From: Patellaria atrata CBS 101060
Lineage: Eukaryota
Length of the DNA: 64,000 nt
Direction of reading: 5' to 3'
NCBI GenBank assembly: GCA_010093705.1
Contig: MU006105.1
Span: 287,960 to 351,959 of the forward strand
Positions 38,079-51,856 of this stretch are shown here, piece after piece (within the stretch, counting starts at the first letter, position 1; every line of letters starts with the position of its first letter). The notes below the pieces were generated by a model, which worked only from the letters and a program-made list of their open reading frames with translations, was not told the origin of the DNA and did not search any database. A program made the translations under genes and the position numbers.

Positions 38079-39206
38079 TCAGGCCCACTTTCCTCTCGTC
38101 GTCAAGTGGCGGATGAGCTTCCGCCCTAGCCTATACTCCGCTGTGCGCAATTTCCAGGGATTCCTCATGATCTGGCCACCGTTGTACAATCTCAAGCACC
38201 TCATATCCTGAGCCAGTATGTCAAAGGGTTGCCTGCTCGTGGAATTATTGAACTTAAGAGGCCGTATTGGTCTCGTGTATCGCGGTCCTGAGTCTGTATC
38301 CCAGTTCAAGAAATCCGCAAGTAAGGCACTGCGATACACGGGATCATTCCAACAATCTTTATCCTCCTTCCCTGCTAGACGTAGCTCGCAGGTGTACATG
38401 TACCCCTTCCGTTCAATATTCACACGTTTGCTGTACCATGCGTCCGGAAAGGGGAGCCAGTATACAAATACTCCTGCCGCAGCTGGGACTGTGTCCTGAC
38501 TCTGAGGTATTTGGCCACGATACACGCGGAAGATGAGGCGGAGAAGGCGGAGCTTAGGGATGTTTAGGATCAAGGCTAGTGCCCTATAATTGTTCATTGG
38601 AGTCCGCCGTATGGAACGAACGTCCACAGTAATCCCAACTTCCAGCTTGGTAATATTGGCCATCAGACATTGGGACATTACGGGGGGGATTTTCGTATAA
38701 TATGCAAATACGTCGACGTTTCGCATCTTTCTTCCCGGTTTCATTGTGTAGAATGCGAACATCTTCTCTTTATAGTAGGTTTCCAACACCTCTGACTTGA
38801 TTTGCCAGCAAGTTAAGACCAAACCTTGTGGTAAAGAATGATCCCATTTTGCTGCGAACATTCGAAAGTCTAGTGATTTGACTTTATCGATATAGATTAC
38901 GGGAACCCTAAGGTCGAAGGTTGAAAGATAAATTTCATCACGTATCTCACGCGGTAAAGCAAGGAGGGGAGAGAGATTTCGAGGTAAAGGGCGTTTAGTA
39001 AAGATAGTAGAAGACGCGAAGGTAATTTCGTGGTTACTTTCAACCTTATTCGTATCCCTATATCATCTAAAGTAAGCATTTAAGTGCTAATATTAGATAG
39101 TTTTACTATGCACTTACCTTATAGTCATTTCCATATCGCCCGATTCCTCATCCTTCTTGCCTCTCAAGCCGAGACGGTTGCTTAATTTCTGTTTGAACTT
39201 CTTCAT
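38079..39206 (-). CDS. Hypothetical protein with F-box-like/2EXR-type N-terminal motif, ~355 aa (intron 39117-39058)
   Basis: The frame upstream of the listed ORF is open and contains SPLLALPREIRDEIY, later LVLTCWQIKSEVLETYY; a GTAAGT..TAG intron links it to the MKKFKQKL exon. Confidence 0.7.
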
Positions 39207-41228
39207 ATTTGGATTGGTAATGACAAATAGGTGTTCCTGATAAGAGCAGGTTTCAAACTCGGATAGTATAACAAGATAACGTTGCGAGGAAAGCTGCAGG
39301 TTGATGGAAGAAAGAAACTCTCTCAAGCACGCTTCAAAACGTCGAGAATGCGACACATCGCGAGATATTTAAGGTGTAGAAGAGAAGGGAAGAGAAGAGA
39401 AAAGATTGACGTGGAAGAAGAGTAGAACGTTTGGGTGCGACTAACGTGACTTTGCGGTGAAAGTTTCAGCAACAGTGGCCATGTGAGCAGCAGGCGGCAT
39501 CCAAGATTGACTAGGGTGGAAATTGTTGTGAAGTTTCATGTTGCAAGTGTTGAAGAGAAGGAAAGGTGTTGCAGAAGGAGAAGATATAGTTGGCTCATCT
39601 ACCCAACTGATATCGCGTAAACGAAATGCGGTGAATGATCAGCCCACTTCCTGATCTCACTCATGATCATCATCACGGTGTGTATCTAGAGTTCGAGAGG
39701 TGGGCTGATGCTTCGTTTAGCTTTTCAAAGCAGGAAAGTTTGAAATAGGGAAATGTTTTTTTGGAAATACCCTTCATAGGGCACCCCTTTCCCATTCGTG
39801 ATCGAGTCATCTCAGATACGCAGATGATGTATAGATGTCGTCGACTTATCTATACTAATGAGAATTACCCTGCAAAAGTCAAGAATTGAGCACATCGCTT
39901 TTAATGTACTATAAACGTACAGTGAGTCTAGTTAGTGTCAACTATGGTAAGACGTACTGTATATGGCCAGGATACGATGTAAAAGGAGCCCGAATTCCAT
40001 GAAAGGAATTTCGTATAAGAAAGATACGGTTTTAGATAGCTAACTTCTTGAAGAAGCCGTAAGATCCCGAATAAACGTACATTCTTAATTATACACTCAC
40101 GTTGATATAAGTAGACGTGTATAGAAAGCGGACAGTCTCAGACGGATCTCGGCTCCGTACGAGGTATATGTATTCTTGAATGCTTGTCCTTCCTAAAGAA
40201 ATCCATTTGTATTCATACACATTGTGCATTGCGAGTGTGTGAATGCAAAAGGGACCTTAATGTGTTACAGGGAAAAGCATTCAAAATGCGTACAGTCTTG
40301 TATGACACAAAACAGCGATCATGCCCTGGATGCATAGATTGTGTATAGTCCTTGAGAACTACTATTTCATTACAGGAGGGCTGTGTACATAAAATAAACG
40401 TCCAATGCCGTTCGTCCTCAATTATGAATGGAGTGACCACATATTGCGGACACACTGTCCCCATGGTCCCAAGTTGAGCAATGAATTTTTACCCAGTAAA
40501 CAAATGGCCTACGACAAACCACGGTCCATGCCGAGAAGTTTAAATTTTAAGTAATACGTGTAAGTCTTCTAAGCTTACGGCCCCTCACAAGACTATTTGG
40601 GCATTTAAAATATACAGTCCCCATTGGATACAACCCATAGCAATAAAGCACGTGTACCGCAAGCGTTCAGTCGCATAGGAATAGTAGTTCGTCATAAGAG
40701 ACGTCGTGTAGAGTTAGTGTTCAGTTGAAAAGAAACACTAAGAGTAAGAATGGGTTTGGTCTATAAGAAGCATCCAGATGTTAACCGTAAGATGAGAGAT
40801 CGCTTACAGTCATTACAATTATGAAGAAGGGCAGCCACTTATAAGAGACCTATAGTGAATAGGAAGTCGTAACAGTAGAAAGCGGGGTGCTGTATCAAAA
40901 CGTACGGTAATTAGAGTAATGTCAATCGTTACAAGAGGACATGTGTACACCAATTAGACAGTCGAAAAGAGTAGGAACAGGAATAAGAGATGTTACGAAT
41001 TCCCGAGGAAGTATCAAATATAATGCTGAAGAGAGAGTTCCATAAGGTATTAACCTAGTCCCGCGGGGGAGCTATCTAATTCTAGTCTAGCATGCTATGC
41101 ATAAGAATAAAGTCGTGGTATCATACTGGGAATATACCTGAAAGCACCATAACACTAAGTCTCCATCAACCCTAATCGCATGAGCTCTTTGTTCGCAGAC
41201 AACCATTAGTGCAATGTATACACACAAA

Positions 41229-42280
41229 TCAAGCCCTGTTAACCTTTTCACCGTTCTCCTTTGGCAGATCCCCGTAATACTCCTTTAGGCCAGCCAACGT
41301 CTTCTGCGTCTCTTCCTTCAGTTCTTTCTTTAGTTCCTCTTCCGACCAGTCTTTCCAGGGTAAACCCTTTGGTACCCTTCCTACAGTCTCCTCCCAAAGC
41401 TTCCGCCTCTCCTCCAAAATATCTTCTGTCCACGCTTTCACCTCAGGGGTCACGATTCGCTTTGCCACATGTGTGAACTCGCCCAGATCAATCTTGCCCT
41501 CTTCCAGTTGCTCATACTCTAACATCTGTAATATAAGCTCCAACTTATCAACGTCATGTACGAAGTGTGCCTCGGCAGTCTTATCATCTTCATACTCCTG
41601 GAACAACGCCATGATTTCCTCGCCTCCAGTACCCGGGACTTGACTGAGCAACCCACCACTGGATGGACCACCATTGCATAGAAACTCCATGGTCTCGAGC
41701 TCCCGACGCATCTTTTCGGGCTTGCTTACACCGTCTACGGGGGTGATGTCACCGACTAGTAGCTCTGCCATGTCGTGCACAAGGGCCATGCGCGTGCATC
41801 TGCCGATGTCGAGGCGGGAGCGCAGAGCTGGTGGGGCGAGCAATGTAATGATAGACATGCGGTACATGTGATCTGAGATTGATTCGCCATACGAGATCTT
41901 AAAGCGACGCCAGCCCTCCCGTTTGGTAGATTTCAAACGCGTGAGCATGTGCATGAAGGGAAGCGGAGACGTAGTCGGGGTTGTTGGAGGTGGATGGGTA
42001 AGAGTTTTGAGGACTGTTGACATGTTAGTCGCCGAGATTGATTAGGAAGATTATGCCATAGGCGTTCATAGGATTGCGTAGAAATCAGGAGATGTGGTTG
42101 TGGTTGCGAGTAGTCAGGGGCATTCTCTGTTCACGTACCTGAATCCACTGTCCATTTAGGGGGTTCAGAACGTTGTGAAGAGTATTCTAGTATCTGTGAG
42201 CACTTGAAAGAGCATATAGGTGGTATCTGAGGTCTCGTCCTACCTGTGGTCCCATTTGATTGACCAGTTTCTAGCGTCAT
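41229..42280 (-). CDS. HD-domain 5'-deoxynucleotidase (HDDC2/YGK1-like), ~289 aa; exons 42280-42244, 42186-42139, 42013-41229
   Basis: Motifs LKSTKREGW, ESISDHMYRM, MALVHDMAE..VGDITP, VHDVDKLE; two in-frame GT-AG introns upstream. Confidence 0.92.
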
Positions 42281-42672
42281 TGTGTCGCAGAGGTAGTGTA
42301 GGAGTACTTCAAAGTGGTAGTTTTAGATTATAGGGTAGTCGCTCTGTGTGTGTCTTTTCTGCGAGAGTAAAGGATTTTGTAGTGCTGACAATTGAGTGGG
42401 GGAAGCACTTTATATAGACATTTTCGGCGACTCGATGCGGATTGTCAGACGGATATGAGATGGTAGCACGGGCCAAAGTGCATGCTTCTAATGTTTGTTA
42501 TTCATGCGCTGTACGCCGATCACACATCCTCCCCAAACCTTATCGAGACGAACAACCATCCAATTCACAAGGCCTGGTGAAATATAATGCTCTACCACGA
42601 GGGTCAAACAACCCTCCTCTTTTCTCCATGATTCACCGGCTATTCTGAGTTCTACATACCGTGTTGTTCAGC

Positions 42673-45108
42673 ATGTCGACGCGCTCTGCTTCCGTGGCAA
42701 GCACCGCAGCGCCGTCAAACCACACCAAGAAAACGAGTACCGGTGAAGCTGCGACCGCTGTAACACGACCCTCGAATGTGACACTGTATATCACAAATTT
42801 ACGGCTTCTAAACCTGGACAAACTCCCAGATTGGCCCCACATCACAGCCCAAACGTTCTCAACCAAGGATGTGCAGCAGAGTCAGAAGAATCGCATTCGT
42901 TGTGTCGAATGGAGTTTGTTTCGTCTGTTTGAGCTGTGGGACCCAGAAGAAACAAAGAATGTGAGTAATCATCCTCATACAGTAAACTGGTGGTACCCTA
43001 ATGGAAGGGTCAAATAGAAGCTACAGCCGTTTTTCCCAGCTTTGGAACCATTACAATCCCTCAATCTGCGTGCTGCACTGTACCGTTGTTTGAATGATAT
43101 CAAGAAGAATGGCGTTTTAGGACGAGACAGTGTCTTGAGAAAGTCTATGCTTGATGAGTGTAAAGGAGATAAATTCACAGATATCCTAGTTTCGTTTTCA
43201 ACCGCAGTGCTAGGGAGGAAGCTGTTTACCAACAAGAAGAGCCGTAAACATGATTCTACGGCAATAAAACTATCTACAGCATCGAGTTTGGCTTCCGGGG
43301 ATCAGGATATTTTGTTACCGCTTGTTATTGCACATAAAGTTTCACTCACCAATCGTTTAAAGCAAAAGCAAGAGAAAACGGCGAGGTATCAAGATTTGGC
43401 GGAAATGCTAGAAATTAAAAGGGAGCAGATTCGACGACGACATGAACAAGCAAAAATTGTTTATGGGAATGAACCCATCGCAACGAGCAAAGTAATTAAT
43501 ACATCCCATATTAAAAGGCAAATACGAGACAATTGGCTTGGTAATCCTGAATGGCTCGAAGTTATGATCCATGGCGATGAGCAGCAGCAGGGCGACCAGT
43601 TTCTGAGTCGATCATTTGGCGAAGTATGGACCGCTATTAACAAAGGAGAGACAATAGAGCCACCAAATGCAACTAAGGGACTGCTTGCGGATCTAGAGGC
43701 TCGAGTCAAGCAGCAGCAGAGGAGGTTAGATGACTGGAAGACCTTTCATGCTACCGTAGCTAAGAATAATTCGCGGATTGGGGCACCTACGAAATCACCT
43801 ACTGATCTTCCCACTCAATCGATCACATTCGACCGGCACCAAGAACATAGAATTGCCGATACTGGGAGGACAGCCAGCACCGAAGAGACTCATATCGATA
43901 TACGCTCGAATCAGACATGCTCACAGTATCAGCATATATTGCAGTCAATGGAGGCTGCTTTGCAGAAAGCGTCTCAACCCTTACAACGAAGGGAAATATC
44001 GCCGATTCCCACCAACTTCAAGAGCATCTCTGTACCCGTCGCGCGTAATGGAAGCGGGAGACTAAGAGCAGGTCAAGAATTGTTTCAGCAGAAGACCAAC
44101 GTCAGGACCCAATCTAGAAATATTGTAGGATCAGAAATACCTCGACAGAAGACAAATGGGAATTCCCAATCTAAGAGCTTCATTCGAAATGCAGCACCAC
44201 AACTTCCACAAGTGCACCAACGAATAGTCAGCGCAAGCGCCCAATCACAAGATGAGTGGGAGGACATTGATTCCTCCGAGATAATATCAGAACTATCTTC
44301 AAAATCAACGTTTAGTCCGCTACAACCGCCGTCTCTAACCGAAAATCAATTCTCCCCTGATCGACACCTACCATCCTCTCCACCTGAACTTGTTAGATCT
44401 CCGCAATCTCCCTTTATCGCCATTCCTTCGGGCGCACAACAAGGAGAGACCCCTCCTAATACCCCGCCCCGTGCTTCCCATCCGCTGCTCTCACCCTCTC
44501 CTCTCAACACCGAAACCCGCCTCGCAGACCACATCATCTCCTCCCTAACCGCCCCGACACCGTCACCCACCAAACACGCACCCGGGGTATCGTCTCTCAT
44601 GGAACGTACAAGGATGTCAATCGCAAGGGTCTCTCTCGCCCCACAGCCAATCTCCGATTCCCTCCCATCCCCCACCATGGAGGAAACCCCAGGCACAGAT
44701 CCTGCTCCCATCTTCCCGGCAGCAGGATTCAATCGCCGCGCTTCCCTCCTGGAACGAACTCGATTAAGCATGAGCATGATGTCCACCCAAATTCAGCAGC
44801 AAGTGCGCCTTGAAAAGCGCAAATCGTTAGCGGCGAGTAAACGGCAGAGCTTGTACCCGGTGAATCAGTTCGAGACACCGAGGAAGAGTGTGGGCGTGTT
44901 TAGGGAAGAAGATGAAGAGGAGGGACGAACGACGCCGAAGGAGGCCCTATTTGAGCAGGATGCGGATGCGGAGAGTGTATTTAAGAGTAGGCCAAAGATT
45001 GCGATAAGTCCAGTTGGAACTCCGGTCCCGATTTTGGGCGAACATAAGGAGGATGAAGAGGTTGAGGATAGTATAGGGTGGTCGCCGTCAAAGGGAAGGG
45101 GACAGTGA
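42673..45108 (+). CDS. HAUS6: HAUS augmin-like complex subunit 6 (N-terminal HAUS6 domain), ~792 aa (intron 42961-43017)
   Basis: TNLRLLNLD..PDWP, EWSLFRLFELWDP..KLQPFFP.LEPLQSLNLRAAL, LRKSMLDECKG; coiled-coil and S/P-rich tail with FKSRPKIA.SP. Confidence 0.85.
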
Positions 45109-45849
45109 CGTTAATAATGATGATACGAGTGTATACCCAGGCTTAGACGACGTTATATTAGGGACGTGTTCTGTGATATCAGAACCTGGACCTAGTGTCT
45201 CAGATAATGTGCATTGTTCTTAGGGTCTCTCTTGTTGATATAATTTAACCATGACGGGTTCTTCTTGAAATAAGTGTTAGCTGATTTACTCTTCGAAGTA
45301 GACCATTTATGCCTTTGGCGAGTGTTTTGGCCACATGCTCTTAAACACAAGGCACAGTACCTACGGTAACAGACGAGTATGCATTATAGGAAATAGATCA
45401 TATCTATAAATCCCGTTATTATCCAGAACTCTATCCAGTAAGCTCAGAGTACTACTTTCCACTAGCTCTCCAGACCATCAAGGTACTTGTTCTCTCGAAT
45501 ACCTTATCATTGAATCGACCTGGGCGAAATACCAAACACTTAGTTACTCGACTCACACATTCTATGGCCGTTAGTGAACAACGCATATGTCACTGAGGAA
45601 TACTCATAAGGAGATATTGAACAGGGTCTCAAATCATCAGCACTATACCTTTCGGGGAGCATACATGTTGATTCAATTCAGTTACAAATTTCGTAAACCA
45701 ACCAAGGGGCGTATACGTGAGAGAGAATTGCTATTCAGTTCAATTTGTTCAATTGTTCTCTCAGCAAACCACGGATTAACTCTGAATCAGCGTTCATAGC
45801 AAATAGCTATCGAGGCCCCTACCTACAAAGAGAAAAGCAGGTTTGACAG

Positions 45850-46923
45850 CTACTCGTAGTCAGATACGATTCCTTTGTGATGTTTTCTCTCTTCCCACGC
45901 TTTATAACCATGCTGCCAGGCCTCTAGCATCTTTTTATTATACGCCAATTTCGCATAACTAACAACCACAGTATTCCACTCCAACCACTCCTCAGCCCTG
46001 GCGCCGCTCTCCGCATCAATAAGTCCGACCGCTAAATCCCACTCGGTTCTCTCATCATTCATATAGAAAACCGTCGCACCACACCACCCGCAAAAATTTC
46101 TCGACACATTCTCTGAGCTCCGGTAATGCTTCATAGTACCGAACATTCGATCTTCTGGCAAGGGACTCCCATCCGGCAACGAGAAGCGTGATGGCGGGAC
46201 AAAGATCCAGGGCATGATATCTGCCCCTGAGTCTAACCTGCAGCTATCGCACCCGCACGCTTCAACGATGTACCGGTTTGTAGCGACGTCGAACCATTTG
46301 TCCGGTAACCCGAAATCTGCTTCTGGTGAGACTTTAATGTTCGGACGATGGAGATAGAACTCTATGCCGCCGCAGTGGCAGAGACACTTCACCTTCCCAC
46401 TTGGGTCGTGCGCTTCAGGTCGTGCCCGTAAGTCTTTGGTGGTGTCCCAGTATGGCGGTAGCTGTTCGCTTTCGCCGTCACGACCAGCCCATCGGAGGAG
46501 CGGCGTGCCGTTGTAACTGCGGACAAAATCGCTAGTCCCACCATCCTTGGTATCCTCGATGTATATATGCTCCTTGTACTCGAATATATTCTCAGCGCCT
46601 TGGACTAAAGGGGTCGCAATTGTCCAATTGTGTTCTAGAGAACCTTCAAGTGGGCTACTATCGAGCATATGAGCCCCACAAGTGGGACAGAAGTACTGGG
46701 TTACTCGCTCCGAGGACTTGTACTTGGCTAGCTTCTCGATAGCTGAGGATGGAGGAGCGCTCCATGGAGCATGGAACGCGGAGAGGGCGCCGTGGATACG
46801 ACGGCAGGAGGTACAGTGGCAGAAGTGCCCAGGCATGGGGAGTGAGGAATGAGGGATGGTCGTGGTAAAGTTAGACCTGCCGCAGAGACAGGTCGTAAGG
46901 ACGTCAATTGTATCAGACATCAT
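45850..46923 (-). CDS. Tandem GFA/CENP-V (Mss4-like, DUF636) zinc-binding protein
   Basis: Two repeats of CxC..CxCxxCR..SS....R/Q.FC..CG: CLCG/CHCTSCRR/FCPTCG and CHCGG/CGCDSCR/FCGWCGATVF; C-terminal SGARAEEWL. Confidence 0.88.
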   Translation of the reverse strand: MMSDTIDVLTTCLCGRSNFTTTIPHSSLPMPGHFCHCTSCRRIHGALSAFHAPWSAPPSSAIEKLAKYKSSERVTQYFCPTCGAHMLDSSPLEGSLEHNWTIATPLVQGAENIFEYKEHIYIEDTKDGGTSDFVRSYNGTPLLRWAGRDGESEQLPPYWDTTKDLRARPEAHDPSGKVKCLCHCGGIEFYLHRPNIKVSPEADFGLPDKWFDVATNRYIVEACGCDSCRLDSGADIMPWIFVPPSRFSLPDGSPLPEDRMFGTMKHYRSSENVSRNFCGWCGATVFYMNDERTEWDLAVGLIDAESGARAEEWLEWNTVVVSYAKLAYNKKMLEAWQHGYKAWEERKHHKGIVSDYE

Positions 46924-47472
46924 ATTAGTTCATATGCTAAGTGAGTAAGGACTCAGCGTAGAAGGATATGGTCTAATAACAGGTATACTGCTAGGCCTTT
47001 GCGTATCTCGGTATCAAGATCAGCTGTATCTGCTTAGCTAAACAGTCCTAGAGAGTCCTGATATGGGGTAGAAATAGCGGAGAGCTGCAGGGCCGATCTT
47101 GGAGCATCCTTAAACGTATAATTGAGGACATCACACATCAACGACGTACAGTACAACACAATATCGAAAATAGAGATCACGGGAGGGGATATACTGATTC
47201 GTACCTATTGGGTTCGTAAATCCAAAGGATAGATAGGCACTGTATATGGATTTTGGATGACTGAGCTGGCTGGACCTTTGGAGATGGAAGAGTGGAAGAC
47301 CCCGGTCTCCATACTAAAGGGCCTCGTCTAGACCTTCCACAGTAGAGTACACGATGCTGACTAACAATTTGTCATTGAACTTCGACACTCTCATCGCATC
47401 TGCATCTTACACCTCTGCTGATTCTTAAGTTCGTCACCTCAACAATTATCTACCTCGATTCTACCTGTAAAT

Positions 47473-47729
47473 ATGTCAATCTGGCAGTAAGTTCTTTCCC
47501 GTGCTTCTCTCGGGTGTCTGCTAAACAATTGGCCTTTAGATCTTACCGCAACCTTTCCCCCAAGACGCGTACCCTGTTCGGACTCGGTGTTATTGCTTGG
47601 GCGGGCATTGGATTAATGGCCACGGAAAAGGCAGAGAAGAAGTTTGGGTTTGAACCTACTGATCAGGATAGAAAAGAACTGGATAGAATCCTACCAAAAG
47701 TGAGGGTGGTGGATAAGGATGATATATAG
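47473..47729 (+). CDS. Small single-TM protein, 67 aa (intron 47487-47539)
   Basis: ATG TCA ATC TGG CA|GTAAGT..TTTAG|A TCT gives MSIWQSYRNLSPKTRTLFGLGVIAWAGIGLMATEKAEKKFGFEPTDQDRKELDRILPKVRVVDKDDI, with one hydrophobic helix. Confidence 0.8.
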
Positions 47730-48382
47730 GATCGCGCGAATATTTTCATGTAACATAACTTCGCGATAGAACACGCATTCCCTGATCAGTTTCCGTCTTG
47801 TTGTAGGACACTGTATGGCACCAAACTAGAGATCGACCTAAGTTGTGAGTGCACAATGTTGAGATCCTATACGACTGTCACTTTCGAAACCTATTCATCG
47901 TGACGCGTCCAGGACGTCTTGTAGCTTGAAGAACGCCTTCAAAGAAATCAATTCTGGCGAAGAAGCTAATTCTTTGGTCACGTTTTTTTCATCTTGACTT
48001 CTCGGCGCCTGACAGCCTTGGATTCCCTGAATATATATTGGGAGCTCTACCCCCGATTACATACTTTTACATATAATCCTTATATGCCAAATTTGAAACT
48101 ACCGGAAATTCTAACGCCCATTTTTTGAACAAAGATCAAGGATTTCTACCACCGAAAAGCCTTTTCCTCTATCGCAAGCTATCTCGGGATAGACTTCTAT
48201 ATTTCCTTTGGAACGTCTATATAACGCAAGTAATCTTCATACGTCGAATACTCGTATATTCTTATATTCCAAAGGTTATTTGAACATTAGACCCTTTAGC
48301 ATCTTCGAGCACTATCGCGTGATCTTTAACTCTCGATCTATCTATCCTCGACACTGATCATAGTATCCTAGACTTTCCTATC

Positions 48383-50869
48383 ATGGATGACTCGCAAGTA
48401 TTCAATACCTACAGGACGTACAAAATTGGAACATCCAAAGTCCTACAATGGTTAGCCGAGACGTCTCGCTTTTTGAGCTGGACGTGAGCCCCATACCATC
48501 TCCAGCATCTAATCAAATGGTGGAAGTCCCCGTGCGGCGGTTCATGGACTTAGTAAGTCGTATTGTAGGAGCTCCTACGTCAATAGTCGTGCCTGAGCAC
48601 ATCATCCAAACTCTCGGAGACACGATCGATTTACGTCGGCAATGTGTGGACTTCTATGCTGAAAAGACACAGAAAAGGTCTGCAGAGCAAGGCCACACAC
48701 ACTTCATCAGTGTTCTGGAAGCAATCCTGCATTCCTTAAAGCCATTGTCTGCGTCAAAATCGAGGAACGTTCCCAAGGGACCTGGAGGTAAGAAGGAGAA
48801 GAAGCAAAGATCAGCGGCCTCTTCCGGGAAAGATGTGAGCAATTTGACCATTTTTTTTCCTCATCTGGAACTAGAGGAGATCACTATGGAGGTTGATAAC
48901 CTTTGATCCCAAGACTCTGCTGGAAGTGCCATGCTCCATCCCCGACAACCCCAGGATTGATGCACCATATCAGCTAGCCATGACAAAAGAAGAGACCGCC
49001 TTCGCAGTCACATATTTTCTCATGGATATCTATAGCACTACCTCGGACGTCAAGTGTATGTGGCATTAATACAGTCGCACTAGCCAAAGTCTTGTAAGGA
49101 CAGGGCTTACAACGAAACTTCTCAACGATATTATTAGCTCAAGCCGAGCGAGTTTTCTTCTCCAACATCCGTGAGAAAAAGACCTTCGAGGAACTCCTTT
49201 CTCACTGCGACTTTAAGGGAACAGTTGATCAGGACCCTGATAAAGCCATTCCTTTGAATGAAGCACTACTCACGAATTCCTTGCTCTCATATTGGTCCTG
49301 CATTAACTCAATCAGGCAAACATATGTGGGAAGTTGGAGAAAAATATTCTGTGAATTTGGCATGAACGAATTGAAACCCAATCAATTGGATTTCCGTTTT
49401 TTCGATCGTGTAACCAGCCACTTAATAAAAGAGATCAAAGGCGGGGGGCCGTTTGAGGATCTGATGCCAACAACATCGATGATGTGTACCAAACGAGCAC
49501 CTTGCATAGAAGATGAAATGATACGATTTATTCGGGATCACTTATGGGATAGTACTTGTACCATTCCCATATGGGTTCCAATGGCCGTAATGCGCTGTTT
49601 AGATACTCTTTATCCAATGGAGGATGAGGGGGGTAACCCAAAATCTTTCCGACGCGTGCTTGATGCTGCCTTATGTGCACACGATCATCTGGAGAGAACA
49701 CTTCGCTTCTTTAGATTAGAACCAGGAAAAGACGATCTTACCATGCGAGATTTTGGGCCGTTCGTGAATGATATCGAGCTCATAATCGCTAACGTCAGCC
49801 CCGTCTAGAAACCTATACAGTACAATCTAATACGTCCCTAACCCGTCATGTGCGGGCTTCCAGCATTCCGAATCCACTACTATATGCGTAAATTAGGTCT
49901 CGCGATCGTGAATAGCTACAAATGGATCCAAAGTACGGTTTATCTCTACGACGCCCTTCGCAGCAACGATCGGAGAGTGATGAATGGCCGGATATGGAAA
50001 CCGTGATTGCTCATCAAACCCGTGGCCATCTACTCCTCCCGGAAATTCCGCTGGAGTGGAATCAATATCGTCGTCGGTTCACGATGTTTACTGAAGGCAT
50101 GTCAGTCATGACCGTCGCAAAGGACGCTAGAAGCCGTGATAAGATAGGCGGGAACCCTCGCAACCTTGAAAGCCGCTTATCCTTGTGCGAGTTGCTACAT
50201 GCACGCTGCACTAAGGGTAATTCCGAAACGGAGACGGGTGACTTTGATATGGCCTCCATTGAATCGATCCTAAGCGAGCGCAAGACGTGGGAAACAAGAC
50301 ATCCATCACGGCGCCGATCGAACAAAAGAAATACCGTTGAACCCAAGGAAGCAAAGTCAGATAATGAACCGGTAAACACAGCCTCGACGCTATTCCTCGG
50401 AGAATTGAACAAAATAATAGATATAGAAGAGGAATATCTCTACTTTGACTACGCATGCATGACCTTCCGATGTCATCACCTCCTTACAACCTTACAGAAT
50501 GAGCTGGTGGAGATCTTGTATAACATTCGGAGTGAATGCAAAATGGATGATCAAGGGAATCCGACTCTCCGACCTTGGTTCGTGATGCTCATCTTTGAGG
50601 AACTCGATAGACTGCGAGGAGATGAAAGGAAGAGAGTGTTGACGATCATTGTTGAGATTATGAACAAGTTCATTCAAGAGGAAGGAGACAAGCAAACGGG
50701 CGAGTCACACCATCTTCTAAATTGGGAGACTGAGCTATATCCCAATCCGCCTGAGTCCTTTCGCGAGAGTGAGAGTGCGGAGAACCAAGAAGAGAATGAA
50801 AGTGCGGAAGGCCAGGACGATGATGACGGCGTCAGAGTAGAGAGCAATGTTGAGGGTCAGAAAGCCTAA
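48383..50869 (+). pseudogene. DUF6604-family pseudogene
   Basis: The N-terminus TYRTYKIGTSKVLQWLAET, then IDLRRQCVDFY, GHTHFISVLE, ETAFAVTYFLMDI and FDYACMTFRCHHLL, fits the family. The frame is broken by a frameshift near 48470 and by stops or shifts near 48904, 49066, 49151, 49806, 49839 and 49920. Confidence 0.75.
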
Positions 50870-51802
50870 GAAAGGGGAAAGGGCGAATGGTCTTGTAAGA
50901 AGAAAATAGGAAAAGGTCTGTGAATATGCCCTGAGTGGCAGAGGCAGTTATGGTAAATCTACTACTTTGTTCTATAGATACGTTGTTACAGTCAGTCTGC
51001 AGAGGAAACTTGCTTATGGACAGTAGAGCGTCATGGGGATATCAATACTTTTTGCACGTACCATTATTTCTGCAACTTGAAAGTTAGGTCATCAATTTTA
51101 CTCGAAATCCATTGTTCCTATGGTAGTTGTATTGTATACAAAACAAGTATCAAAGAATCATATCAAACATCACCTGTAAAGAACGAAACCCAAAATGCCA
51201 CTCGATTCCGCAGCATAATGTTGTACAAACCTAGAACATAAGTTTCCCCAATATGATACATGATACTCACCACTTTCCTTTTCTCTACCTCTACCTCAAC
51301 CTCCACTCGCGCCTCTGCGCGCAACCCATAACTCCTCGATTGGAACTACAAATCTCGAACCGCACTCACCTACCTCAACCCACCCCCTCCCTCACCATCC
51401 ATCCATCCATCCATCCCCACACAACACACGCCTCACACAACGGCTCTCAATCCTCCCGCCCTTCCCGCAGAAACTCCCCCCAGTCCATCTCAGGCCTCAC
51501 CGCAACTTACGCCCAATCACCATCAATCTCTTATCAATCTGTCCTCTCTTTCCCCCCAAAATTCCCCGAAAATCTGATAGAAAGAGAGAGAGGAAGGGGA
51601 GTTTTGGTGAAACTGGAGAAAAAGGAACAGGTGTGGGAGCTGTCTCCCTCGGCGACAAGGGTCTCCGCCAGCGCAATCCTGCGCTGCAGCTAGGGCGCTT
51701 AGCGGGGGGACCCGGGGACTCGGATCTGGAGGGCGCCAGGCCGTGGCGTAGGGTTCGGGGGTTCTTTGCGGGCCGGTTTGCGTTGCTCCACTTGCAATAT
51801 AT

Positions 51803-51856
51803 GGGGGGGGGGGGGGGGGTTTGGGGGGGGGGGGCAAAGGGGGGGGGGGGGGGGGG
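51803..51856 (+). repeat. Clustered G homopolymer runs (G-quadruplex-competent)
   Basis: Three G runs of 12 nt or more separated by TTT and CAAA spacers. Confidence 0.9.

Noticed and set aside
49836..49844. CCCTAACCC, telomerase-template-like
   Set aside because: It lies inside the DUF6604 coding relic, with no pseudoknot or other telomerase RNA features evident.
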